DNA of 64,000 nucleotides from Naegleria gruberi (Eukaryota): assembly GCA_000004985.1 (NCBI GenBank), contig GG738865.1, one strand, 5' to 3'. Below are positions 12,001-24,000 of the stretch, piece by piece. The translations under genes were made by a program, and so were the position numbers. The notes beneath the pieces are model-generated. The model was not told the origin of the DNA. It worked only from the letters and a program-made list of their open reading frames with translations, and did no database searches. The first letter of the stretch is position 1. Each line of letters begins with the position of its first letter.

Positions 12001-15000
12001 NNNNNNNNNNNNNNNNNNNNNNNNNNNNNNNNNNNNNNNNNNNNNNNNNNNNNNNNNNNNNNNNNNNNNNNNNNNNNNNNNNNNNNNNNNNNNNNNNNNN
12101 NNNNNNNNNNNNNNNNNNNNNNNNNNNNNNNNNNNNNNNNNNNNNNNNNNNNNNNNNNNNNNNNNNNNNNNNNNNNNNNNNNNNNNNNNNNNNNNNNNNN
12201 NNNNNNNNNNNNNNNNNNNNNNNNNNNNNNNNNNNNNNNNNNNNNNNNNNNNNNNNNNNNNNNNNNNNNNNNNNNNNNNNNNNNNNNNNNNNNNNNNNNN
12301 NNNNNNNNNNNNNNNNNNNNNNNNNNNNNNNNNNNNNNNNNNNNNNNNNNNNNNNNNNNNNNNNNNNNNNNNNNNNNNNNNNNNNNNNNNNNNNNNNNNN
12401 NNNNNNNNNNNNNNNNNNNNNNNNNNNNNNNNNNNNNNNNNNNNNNNNNNNNNNNNNNNNNNNNNNNNNNNNNNNNNNNNNNNNNNNNNNNNNNNNNNNN
12501 NNNNNNNNNNNNNNNNNNNNNNNNNNNNNNNNNNNNNNNNNNNNNNNNNNNNNNNNNNNNNNNNNNNNNNNNNNNNNNNNNNNNNNNNNNNNNNNNNNNN
12601 NNNNNNNNNNNNNNNNNNNNNNNNNNNNNNNNNNNNNNNNNNNNNNNNNNNNNNNNNNNNNNNNNNNNNNNNNNNNNNNNNNNNNNNNNNNNNNNNNNNN
12701 NNNNNNNNNNNNNNNNNNNNNNNNNNNNNNNNNNNNNNNNNNNNNNNNNNNNNNNNNNNNNNNNNNNNNNNNNNNNNNNNNNNNNNNNNNNNNNNNNNNN
12801 NNNNNNNNNNNNNNNNNNNNNNNNNNNNNNNNNNNNNNNNNNNNNNNNNNNNNNNNNNNNNNNNNNNNNNNNNNNNNNNNNNNNNNNNNNNNNNNNNNNN
12901 NNNNNNNNNNNNNNNNNNNNNNNNNNNNNNNNNNNNNNNNNNNNNNNNNNNNNNNNNNNNNNNNNNNNNNNNNNNNNNNNNNNNNNNNNNNNNNNNNNNN
13001 NNNNNNNNNNNNNNNNNNNNNNNNNNNNNNNNNNNNNNNNNNNNNNNNNNNNNNNNNNNNNNNNNNNNNNNNNNNNNNNNNNNNNNNNNNNNNNNNNNNN
13101 NNNNNNNNNNNNNNNNNNNNNNNNNNNNNNNNNNNNNNNNNNNNNNNNNNNNNNNNNNNNNNNNNNNNNNNNNNNNNNNNNNNNNNNNNNNNNNNNNNNN
13201 NNNNNNNNNNNNNNNNNNNNNNNNNNNNNNNNNNNNNNNNNNNNNNNNNNNNNNNNNNNNNNNNNNNNNNNNNNNNNNNNNNNNNNNNNNNNNNNNNNNN
13301 NNNNNNNNNNNNNNNNNNNNNNNNNNNNNNNNNNNNNNNNNNNNNNNNNNNNNNNNNNNNNNNNNNNNNNNNNNNNNNNNNNNNNNNNNNNNNNNNNNNN
13401 NNNNNNNNNNNNNNNNNNNNNNNNNNNNNNNNNNNNNNNNNNNNNNNNNNNNNNNNNNNNNNNNNNNNNNNNNNNNNNNNNNNNNNNNNNNNNNNNNNNN
13501 NNNNNNNNNNNNNNNNNNNNNNNNNNNNNNNNNNNNNNNNNNNNNNNNNNNNNNNNNNNNNNNNNNNNNNNNNNNNNNNNNNNNNNNNNNNNNNNNNNNN
13601 NNNNNNNNNNNNNNNNNNNNNNNNNNNNNNNNNNNNNNNNNNNNNNNNNNNNNNNNNNNNNNNNNNNNNNNNNNNNNNNNNNNNNNNNNNNNNNNNNNNN
13701 NNNNNNNNNNNNNNNNNNNNNNNNNNNNNNNNNNNNNNNNNNNNNNNNNNNNNNNNNNNNNNNNNNNNNNNNNNNNNNNNNNNNNNNNNNNNNNNNNNNN
13801 NNNNNNNNNNNNNNNNNNNNNNNNNNNNNNNNNNNNNNNNNNNNNNNNNNNNNNNNNNNNNNNNNNNNNNNNNNNNNNNNNNNNNNNNNNNNNNNNNNNN
13901 NNNNNNNNNNNNNNNNNNNNNNNNNNNNNNNNNNNNNNNNNNNNNNNNNNNNNNNNNNNNNNNNNNNNNNNNNNNNNNNNNNNNNNNNNNNNNNNNNNNN
14001 NNNNNNNNNNNNNNNNNNNNNNNNNNNNNNNNNNNNNNNNNNNNNNNNNNNNNNNNNNNNNNNNNNNNNNNNNNNNNNNNNNNNNNNNNNNNNNNNNNNN
14101 NNNNNNNNNNNNNNNNNNNNNNNNNNNNNNNNNNNNNNNNNNNNNNNNNNNNNNNNNNNNNNNNNNNNNNNNNNNNNNNNNNNNNNNNNNNNNNNNNNNN
14201 NNNNNNNNNNNNNNNNNNNNNNNNNNNNNNNNNNNNNNNNNNNNNNNNNNNNNNNNNNNNNNNNNNNNNNNNNNNNNNNNNNNNNNNNNNNNNNNNNNNN
14301 NNNNNNNNNNNNNNNNNNNNNNNNNNNNNNNNNNNNNNNNNNNNNNNNNNNNNNNNNNNNNNNNNNNNNNNNNNNNNNNNNNNNNNNNNNNNNNNNNNNN
14401 NNNNNNNNNNNNNNNNNNNNNNNNNNNNNNNNNNNNNNNNNNNNNNNNNNNNNNNNNNNNNNNNNNNNNNNNNNNNNNNNNNNNNNNNNNNNNNNNNNNN
14501 NNNNNNNNNNNNNNNNNNNNNNNNNNNNNNNNNNNNNNNNNNNNNNNNNNNNNNNNNNNNNNNNNNNNNNNNNNNNNNNNNNNNNNNNNNNNNNNNNNNN
14601 NNNNNNNNNNNNNNNNNNNNNNNNNNNNNNNNNNNNNNNNNNNNNNNNNNNNNNNNNNNNNNNNNNNNNNNNNNNNNNNNNNNNNNNNNNNNNNNNNNNN
14701 NNNNNNNNNNNNNNNNNNNNNNNNNNNNNNNNNNNNNNNNNNNNNNNNNNNNNNNNNNNNNNNNNNNNNNNNNNNNNNNNNNNNNNNNNNNNNNNNNNNN
14801 NNNNNNNNNNNNNNNNNNNNNNNNNNNNNNNNNNNNNNNNNNNNNNNNNNNNNNNNNNNNNNNNNNNNNNNNNNNNNNNNNNNNNNNNNNNNNNNNNNNN
14901 NNNNNNNNNNNNNNNNNNNNNNNNNNNNNNNNNNNNNNNNNNNNNNNNNNNNNNNNNNNNNNNNNNNNNNNNNNNNNNNNNNNNNNNNNNNNNNNNNNNN

Positions 15001-18000
15001 NNNNNNNNNNNNNNNNNNNNNNNNNNNNNNNNNNNNNNNNNNNNNNNNNNNNNNNNNNNNNNNNNNNNNNNNNNNNNNNNNNNNNNNNNNNNNNNNNNNN
15101 NNNNNNNNNNNNNNNNNNNNNNNNNNNNNNNNNNNNNNNNNNNNNNNNNNNNNNNNNNNNNNNNNNNNNNNNNNNNNNNNNNNNNNNNNNNNNNNNNNNN
15201 NNNNNNNNNNNNNNNNNNNNNNNNNNNNNNNNNNNNNNNNNNNNNNNNNNNNNNNNNNNNNNNNNNNNNNNNNNNNNNNNNNNNNNNNNNNNNNNNNNNN
15301 NNNNNNNNNNNNNNNNNNNNNNNNNNNNNNNNNNNNNNNNNNNNNNNNNNNNNNNNNNNNNNNNNNNNNNNNNNNNNNNNNNNNNNNNNNNNNNNNNNNN
15401 NNNNNNNNNNNNNNNNNNNNNNNNNNNNNNNNNNNNNNNNNNNNNNNNNNNNNNNNNNNNNNNNNNNNNNNNNNNNNNNNNNNNNNNNNNNNNNNNNNNN
15501 NNNNNNNNNNNNNNNNNNNNNNNNNNNNNNNNNNNNNNNNNNNNNNNNNNNNNNNNNNNNNNNNNNNNNNNNNNNNNNNNNNNNNNNNNNNNNNNNNNNN
15601 NNNNNNNNNNNNNNNNNNNNNNNNNNNNNNNNNNNNNNNNNNNNNNNNNNNNNNNNNNNNNNNNNNNNNNNNNNNNNNNNNNNNNNNNNNNNNNNNNNNN
15701 NNNNNNNNNNNNNNNNNNNNNNNNNNNNNNNNNNNNNNNNNNNNNNNNNNNNNNNNNNNNNNNNNNNNNNNNNNNNNNNNNNNNNNNNNNNNNNNNNNNN
15801 NNNNNNNNNNNNNNNNNNNNNNNNNNNNNNNNNNNNNNNNNNNNNNNNNNNNNNNNNNNNNNNNNNNNNNNNNNNNNNNNNNNNNNNNNNNNNNNNNNNN
15901 NNNNNNNNNNNNNNNNNNNNNNNNNNNNNNNNNNNNNNNNNNNNNNNNNNNNNNNNNNNNNNNNNNNNNNNNNNNNNNNNNNNNNNNNNNNNNNNNNNNN
16001 NNNNNNNNNNNNNNNNNNNNNNNNNNNNNNNNNNNNNNNNNNNNNNNNNNNNNNNNNNNNNNNNNNNNNNNNNNNNNNNNNNNNNNNNNNNNNNNNNNNN
16101 NNNNNNNNNNNNNNNNNNNNNNNNNNNNNNNNNNNNNNNNNNNNNNNNNNNNNNNNNNNNNNNNNNNNNNNNNNNNNNNNNNNNNNNNNNNNNNNNNNNN
16201 NNNNNNNNNNNNNNNNNNNNNNNNNNNNNNNNNNNNNNNNNNNNNNNNNNNNNNNNNNNNNNNNNNNNNNNNNNNNNNNNNNNNNNNNNNNNNNNNNNNN
16301 NNNNNNNNNNNNNNNNNNNNNNNNNNNNNNNNNNNNNNNNNNNNNNNNNNNNNNNNNNNNNNNNNNNNNNNNNNNNNNNNNNNNNNNNNNNNNNNNNNNN
16401 NNNNNNNNNNNNNNNNNNNNNNNNNNNNNNNNNNNNNNNNNNNNNNNNNNNNNNNNNNNNNNNNNNNNNNNNNNNNNNNNNNNNNNNNNNNNNNNNNNNN
16501 NNNNNNNNNNNNNNNNNNNNNNNNNNNNNNNNNNNNNNNNNNNNNNNNNNNNNNNNNNNNNNNNNNNNNNNNNNNNNNNNNNNNNNNNNNNNNNNNNNNN
16601 NNNNNNNNNNNNNNNNNNNNNNNNNNNNNNNNNNNNNNNNNNNNNNNNNNNNNNNNNNNNNNNNNNNNNNNNNNNNNNNNNNNNNNNNNNNNNNNNNNNN
16701 NNNNNNNNNNNNNNNNNNNNNNNNNNNNNNNNNNNNNNNNNNNNNNNNNNNNNNNNNNNNNNNNNNNNNNNNNNNNNNNNNNNNNNNNNNNNNNNNNNNN
16801 NNNNNNNNNNNNNNNNNNNNNNNNNNNNNNNNNNNNNNNNNNNNNNNNNNNNNNNNNNNNNNNNNNNNNNNNNNNNNNNNNNNNNNNNNNNNNNNNNNNN
16901 NNNNNNNNNNNNNNNNNNNNNNNNNNNNNNNNNNNNNNNNNNNNNNNNNNNNNNNNNNNNNNNNNNNNNNNNNNNNNNNNNNNNNNNNNNNNNNNNNNNN
17001 NNNNNNNNNNNNNNNNNNNNNNNNNNNNNNNNNNNNNNNNNNNNNNNNNNNNNNNNNNNNNNNNNNNNNNNNNNNNNNNNNNNNNNNNNNNNNNNNNNNN
17101 NNNNNNNNNNNNNNNNNNNNNNNNNNNNNNNNNNNNNNNNNNNNNNNNNNNNNNNNNNNNNNNNNNNNNNNNNNNNNNNNNNNNNNNNNNNNNNNNNNNN
17201 NNNNNNNNNNNNNNNNNNNNNNNNNNNNNNNNNNNNNNNNNNNNNNNNNNNNNNNNNNNNNNNNNNNNNNNNNNNNNNNNNNNNNNNNNNNNNNNNNNNN
17301 NNNNNNNNNNNNNNNNNNNNNNNNNNNNNNNNNNNNNNNNNNNNNNNNNNNNNNNNNNNNNNNNNNNNNNNNNNNNNNNNNNNNNNNNNNNNNNNNNNNN
17401 NNNNNNNNNNNNNNNNNNNNNNNNNNNNNNNNNNNNNNNNNNNNNNNNNNNNNNNNNNNNNNNNNNNNNNNNNNNNNNNNNNNNNNNNNNNNNNNNNNNN
17501 NNNNNNNNNNNNNNNNNNNNNNNNNNNNNNNNNNNNNNNNNNNNNNNNNNNNNNNNNNNNNNNNNNNNNNNNNNNNNNNNNNNNNNNNNNNNNNNNNNNN
17601 NNNNNNNNNNNNNNNNNNNNNNNNNNNNNNNNNNNNNNNNNNNNNNNNNNNNNNNNNNNNNNNNNNNNNNNNNNNNNNNNNNNNNNNNNNNNNNNNNNNN
17701 NNNNNNNNNNNNNNNNNNNNNNNNNNNNNNNNNNNNNNNNNNNNNNNNNNNNNNNNNNNNNNNNNNNNNNNNNNNNNNNNNNNNNNNNNNNNNNNNNNNN
17801 NNNNNNNNNNNNNNNNNNNNNNNNNNNNNNNNNNNNNNNNNNNNNNNNNNNNNNNNNNNNNNNNNNNNNNNNNNNNNNNNNNNNNNNNNNNNNNNNNNNN
17901 NNNNNNNNNNNNNNNNNNNNNNNNNNNNNNNNNNNNNNNNNNNNNNNNNNNNNNNNNNNNNNNNNNNNNNNNNNNNNNNNNNNNNNNNNNNNNNNNNNNN

Positions 18001-21000
18001 NNNNNNNNNNNNNNNNNNNNNNNNNNNNNNNNNNNNNNNNNNNNNNNNNNNNNNNNNNNNNNNNNNNNNNNNNNNNNNNNNNNNNNNNNNNNNNNNNNNN
18101 NNNNNNNNNNNNNNNNNNNNNNNNNNNNNNNNNNNNNNNNNNNNNNNNNNNNNNNNNNNNNNNNNNNNNNNNNNNNNNNNNNNNNNNNNNNNNNNNNNNN
18201 NNNNNNNNNNNNNNNNNNNNNNNNNNNNNNNNNNNNNNNNNNNNNNNNNNNNNNNNNNNNNNNNNNNNNNNNNNNNNNNNNNNNNNNNNNNNNNNNNNNN
18301 NNNNNNNNNNNNNNNNNNNNNNNNNNNNNNNNNNNNNNNNNNNNNNNNNNNNNNNNNNNNNNNNNNNNNNNNNNNNNNNNNNNNNNNNNNNNNNNNNNNN
18401 NNNNNNNNNNNNNNNNNNNNNNNNNNNNNNNNNNNNNNNNNNNNNNNNNNNNNNNNNNNNNNNNNNNNNNNNNNNNNNNNNNNNNNNNNNNNNNNNNNNN
18501 NNNNNNNNNNNNNNNNNNNNNNNNNNNNNNNNNNNNNNNNNNNNNNNNNNNNNNNNNNNNNNNNNNNNNNNNNNNNNNNNNNNNNNNNNNNNNNNNNNNN
18601 NNNNNNNNNNNNNNNNNNNNNNNNNNNNNNNNNNNNNNNNNNNNNNNNNNNNNNNNNNNNNNNNNNNNNNNNNNNNNNNNNNNNNNNNNNNNNNNNNNNN
18701 NNNNNNNNNNNNNNNNNNNNNNNNNNNNNNNNNNNNNNNNNNNNNNNNNNNNNNNNNNNNNNNNNNNNNNNNNNNNNNNNNNNNNNNNNNNNNNNNNNNN
18801 NNNNNNNNNNNNNNNNNNNNNNNNNNNNNNNNNNNNNNNNNNNNNNNNNNNNNNNNNNNNNNNNNNNNNNNNNNNNNNNNNNNNNNNNNNNNNNNNNNNN
18901 NNNNNNNNNNNNNNNNNNNNNNNNNNNNNNNNNNNNNNNNNNNNNNNNNNNNNNNNNNNNNNNNNNNNNNNNNNNNNNNNNNNNNNNNNNNNNNNNNNNN
19001 NNNNNNNNNNNNNNNNNNNNNNNNNNNNNNNNNNNNNNNNNNNNNNNNNNNNNNNNNNNNNNNNNNNNNNNNNNNNNNNNNNNNNNNNNNNNNNNNNNNN
19101 NNNNNNNNNNNNNNNNNNNNNNNNNNNNNNNNNNNNNNNNNNNNNNNNNNNNNNNNNNNNNNNNNNNNNNNNNNNNNNNNNNNNNNNNNNNNNNNNNNNN
19201 NNNNNNNNNNNNNNNNNNNNNNNNNNNNNNNNNNNNNNNNNNNNNNNNNNNNNNNNNNNNNNNNNNNNNNNNNNNNNNNNNNNNNNNNNNNNNNNNNNNN
19301 NNNNNNNNNNNNNNNNNNNNNNNNNNNNNNNNNNNNNNNNNNNNNNNNNNNNNNNNNNNNNNNNNNNNNNNNNNNNNNNNNNNNNNNNNNNNNNNNNNNN
19401 NNNNNNNNNNNNNNNNNNNNNNNNNNNNNNNNNNNNNNNNNNNNNNNNNNNNNNNNNNNNNNNNNNNNNNNNNNNNNNNNNNNNNNNNNNNNNNNNNNNN
19501 NNNNNNNNNNNNNNNNNNNNNNNNNNNNNNNNNNNNNNNNNNNNNNNNNNNNNNNNNNNNNNNNNNNNNNNNNNNNNNNNNNNNNNNNNNNNNNNNNNNN
19601 NNNNNNNNNNNNNNNNNNNNNNNNNNNNNNNNNNNNNNNNNNNNNNNNNNNNNNNNNNNNNNNNNNNNNNNNNNNNNNNNNNNNNNNNNNNNNNNNNNNN
19701 NNNNNNNNNNNNNNNNNNNNNNNNNNNNNNNNNNNNNNNNNNNNNNNNNNNNNNNNNNNNNNNNNNNNNNNNNNNNNNNNNNNNNNNNNNNNNNNNNNNN
19801 NNNNNNNNNNNNNNNNNNNNNNNNNNNNNNNNNNNNNNNNNNNNNNNNNNNNNNNNNNNNNNNNNNNNNNNNNNNNNNNNNNNNNNNNNNNNNNNNNNNN
19901 NNNNNNNNNNNNNNNNNNNNNNNNNNNNNNNNNNNNNNNNNNNNNNNNNNNNNNNNNNNNNNNNNNNNNNNNNNNNNNNNNNNNNNNNNNNNNNNNNNNN
20001 NNNNNNNNNNNNNNNNNNNNNNNNNNNNNNNNNNNNNNNNNNNNNNNNNNNNNNNNNNNNNNNNNNNNNNNNNNNNNNNNNNNNNNNNNNNNNNNNNNNN
20101 NNNNNNNNNNNNNNNNNNNNNNNNNNNNNNNNNNNNNNNNNNNNNNNNNNNNNNNNNNNNNNNNNNNNNNNNNNNNNNNNNNNNNNNNNNNNNNNNNNNN
20201 NNNNNNNNNNNNNNNNNNNNNNNNNNNNNNNNNNNNNNNNNNNNNNNNNNNNNNNNNNNNNNNNNNNNNNNNNNNNNNNNNNNNNNNNNNNNNNNNNNNN
20301 NNNNNNNNNNNNNNNNNNNNNNNNNNNNNNNNNNNNNNNNNNNNNNNNNNNNNNNNNNNNNNNNNNNNNNNNNNNNNNNNNNNNNNNNNNNNNNNNNNNN
20401 NNNNNNNNNNNNNNNNNNNNNNNNNNNNNNNNNNNNNNNNNNNNNNNNNNNNNNNNNNNNNNNNNNNNNNNNNNNNNNNNNNNNNNNNNNNNNNNNNNNN
20501 NNNNNNNNNNNNNNNNNNNNNNNNNNNNNNNNNNNNNNNNNNNNNNNNNNNNNNNNNNNNNNNNNNNNNNNNNNNNNNNNNNNNNNNNNNNNNNNNNNNN
20601 NNNNNNNNNNNNNNNNNNNNNNNNNNNNNNNNNNNNNNNNNNNNNNNNNNNNNNNNNNNNNNNNNNNNNNNNNNNNNNNNNNNNNNNNNNNNNNNNNNNN
20701 NNNNNNNNNNNNNNNNNNNNNNNNNNNNNNNNNNNNNNNNNNNNNNNNNNNNNNNNNNNNNNNNNNNNNNNNNNNNNNNNNNNNNNNNNNNNNNNNNNNN
20801 NNNNNNNNNNNNNNNNNNNNNNNNNNNNNNNNNNNNNNNNNNNNNNNNNNNNNNNNNNNNNNNNNNNNNNNNNNNNNNNNNNNNNNNNNNNNNNNNNNNN
20901 NNNNNNNNNNNNNNNNNNNNNNNNNNNNNNNNNNNNNNNNNNNNNNNNNNNNNNNNNNNNNNNNNNNNNNNNNNNNNNNNNNNNNNNNNNNNNNNNNNNN

Positions 21001-24000
21001 NNNNNNNNNNNNNNNNNNNNNNNNNNNNNNNNNNNNNNNNNNNNNNNNNNNNNNNNNNNNNNNNNNNNNNNNNNNNNNNNNNNNNNNNNNNNNNNNNNNN
21101 NNNNNNNNNNNNNNNNNNNNNNNNNNNNNNNNNNNNNNNNNNNNNNNNNNNNNNNNNNNNNNNNNNNNNNNNNNNNNNNNNNNNNNNNNNNNNNNNNNNN
21201 NNNNNNNNNNNNNNNNNNNNNNNNNNNNNNNNNNNNNNNNNNNNNNNNNNNNNNNNNNNNNNNNNNNNNNNNNNNNNNNNNNNNNNNNNNNNNNNNNNNN
21301 NNNNNNNNNNNNNNNNNNNNNNNNNNNNNNNNNNNNNNNNNNNNNNNNNNNNNNNNNNNNNNNNNNNNNNNNNNNNNNNNNNNNNNNNNNNNNNNNNNNN
21401 NNNNNNNNNNNNNNNNNNNNNNNNNNNNNNNNNNNNNNNNNNNNNNNNNNNNNNNNNNNNNNNNNNNNNNNNNNNNNNNNNNNNNNNNNNNNNNNNNNNN
21501 NNNNNNNNNNNNNNNNNNNNNNNNNNNNNNNNNNNNNNNNNNNNNNNNNNNNNNNNNNNNNNNNNNNNNNNNNNNNNNNNNNNNNNNNNNNNNNNNNNNN
21601 NNNNNNNNNNNNNNNNNNNNNNNNNNNNNNNNNNNNNNNNNNNNNNNNNNNNNNNNNNNNNNNNNNNNNNNNNNNNNNNNNNNNNNNNNNNNNNNNNNNN
21701 NNNNNNNNNNNNNNNNNNNNNNNNNNNNNNNNNNNNNNNNNNNNNNNNNNNNNNNNNNNNNNNNNNNNNNNNNNNNNNNNNNNNNNNNNNNNNNNNNNNN
21801 NNNNNNNNNNNNNNNNNNNNNNNNNNNNNNNNNNNNNNNNNNNNNNNNNNNNNNNNNNNNNNNNNNNNNNNNNNNNNNNNNNNNNNNNNNNNNNNNNNNN
21901 NNNNNNNNNNNNNNNNNNNNNNNNNNNNNNNNNNNNNNNNNNNNNNNNNNNNNNNNNNNNNNNNNNNNNNNNNNNNNNNNNNNNNNNNNNNNNNNNNNNN
22001 NNNNNNNNNNNNNNNNNNNNNNNNNNNNNNNNNNNNNNNNNNNNNNNNNNNNNNNNNNNNNNNNNNNNNNNNNNNNNNNNNNNNNNNNNNNNNNNNNNNN
22101 NNNNNNNNNNNNNNNNNNNNNNNNNNNNNNNNNNNNNNNNNNNNNNNNNNNNNNNNNNNNNNNNNNNNNNNNNNNNNNNNNNNNNNNNNNNNNNNNNNNN
22201 NNNNNNNNNNNNNNNNNNNNNNNNNNNNNNNNNNNNNNNNNNNNNNNNNNNNNNNNNNNNNNNNNNNNNNNNNNNNNNNNNNNNNNNNNNNNNNNNNNNN
22301 NNNNNNNNNNNNNNNNNNNNNNNNNNNNNNNNNNNNNNNNNNNNNNNNNNNNNNNNNNNNNNNNNNNNNNNNNNNNNNNNNNNNNNNNNNNNNNNNNNNN
22401 NNNNNNNNNNNNNNNNNNNNNNNNNNNNNNNNNNNNNNNNNNNNNNNNNNNNNNNNNNNNNNNNNNNNNNNNNNNNNNNNNNNNNNNNNNNNNNNNNNNN
22501 NNNNNNNNNNNNNNNNNNNNNNNNNNNNNNNNNNNNNNNNNNNNNNNNNNNNNNNNNNNNNNNNNNNNNNNNNNNNNNNNNNNNNNNNNNNNNNNNNNNN
22601 NNNNNNNNNNNNNNNNNNNNNNNNNNNNNNNNNNNNNNNNNNNNNNNNNNNNNNNNNNNNNNNNNNNNNNNNNNNNNNNNNNNNNNNNNNNNNNNNNNNN
22701 NNNNNNNNNNNNNNNNNNNNNNNNNNNNNNNNNNNNNNNNNNNNNNNNNNNNNNNNNNNNNNNNNNNNNNNNNNNNNNNNNNNNNNNNNNNNNNNNNNNN
22801 NNNNNNNNNNNNNNNNNNNNNNNNNNNNNNNNNNNNNNNNNNNNNNNNNNNNNNNNNNNNNNNNNNNNNNNNNNNNNNNNNNNNNNNNNNNNNNNNNNNN
22901 NNNNNNNNNNNNNNNNNNNNNNNNNNNNNNNNNNNNNNNNNNNNNNNNNNNNNNNNNNNNNNNNNNNNNNNNNNNNNNNNNNNNNNNNNNNNNNNNNNNN
23001 NNNNNNNNNNNNNNNNNNNNNNNNNNNNNNNNNNNNNNNNNNNNNNNNNNNNNNNNNNNNNNNNNNNNNNNNNNNNNNNNNNNNNNNNNNNNNNNNNNNN
23101 NNNNNNNNNNNNNNNNNNNNNNNNNNNNNNNNNNNNNNNNNNNNNNNNNNNNNNNNNNNNNNNNNNNNNNNNNNNNNNNNNNNNNNNNNNNNNNNNNNNN
23201 NNNNNNNNNNNNNNNNNNNNNNNNNNNNNNNNNNNNNNNNNNNNNNNNNNNNNNNNNNNNNNNNNNNNNNNNNNNNNNNNNNNNNNNNNNNNNNNNNNNN
23301 NNNNNNNNNNNNNNNNNNNNNNNNNNNNNNNNNNNNNNNNNNNNNNNNNNNNNNNNNNNNNNNNNNNNNNNNNNNNNNNNNNNNNNNNNNNNNNNNNNNN
23401 NNNNNNNNNNNNNNNNNNNNNNNNNNNNNNNNNNNNNNNNNNNNNNNNNNNNNNNNNNNNNNNNNNNNNNNNNNNNNNNNNNNNNNNNNNNNNNNNNNNN
23501 NNNNNNNNNNNNNNNNNNNNNNNNNNNNNNNNNNNNNNNNNNNNNNNNNNNNNNNNNNNNNNNNNNNNNNNNNNNNNNNNNNNNNNNNNNNNNNNNNNNN
23601 NNNNNNNNNNNNNNNNNNNNNNNNNNNNNNNNNNNNNNNNNNNNNNNNNNNNNNNNNNNNNNNNNNNNNNNNNNNNNNNNNNNNNNNNNNNNNNNNNNNN
23701 NNNNNNNNNNNNNNNNNNNNNNNNNNNNNNNNNNNNNNNNNNNNNNNNNNNNNNNNNNNNNNNNNNNNNNNNNNNNNNNNNNNNNNNNNNNNNNNNNNNN
23801 NNNNNNNNNNNNNNNNNNNNNNNNNNNNNNNNNNNNNNNNNNNNNNNNNNNNNNNNNNNNNNNNNNNNNNNNNNNNNNNNNNNNNNNNNNNNNNNNNNNN
23901 NNNNNNNNNNNNNNNNNNNNNNNNNNNNNNNNNNNNNNNNNNNNNNNNNNNNNNNNNNNNNNNNNNNNNNNNNNNNNNNNNNNNNNNNNNNNNNNNNNNN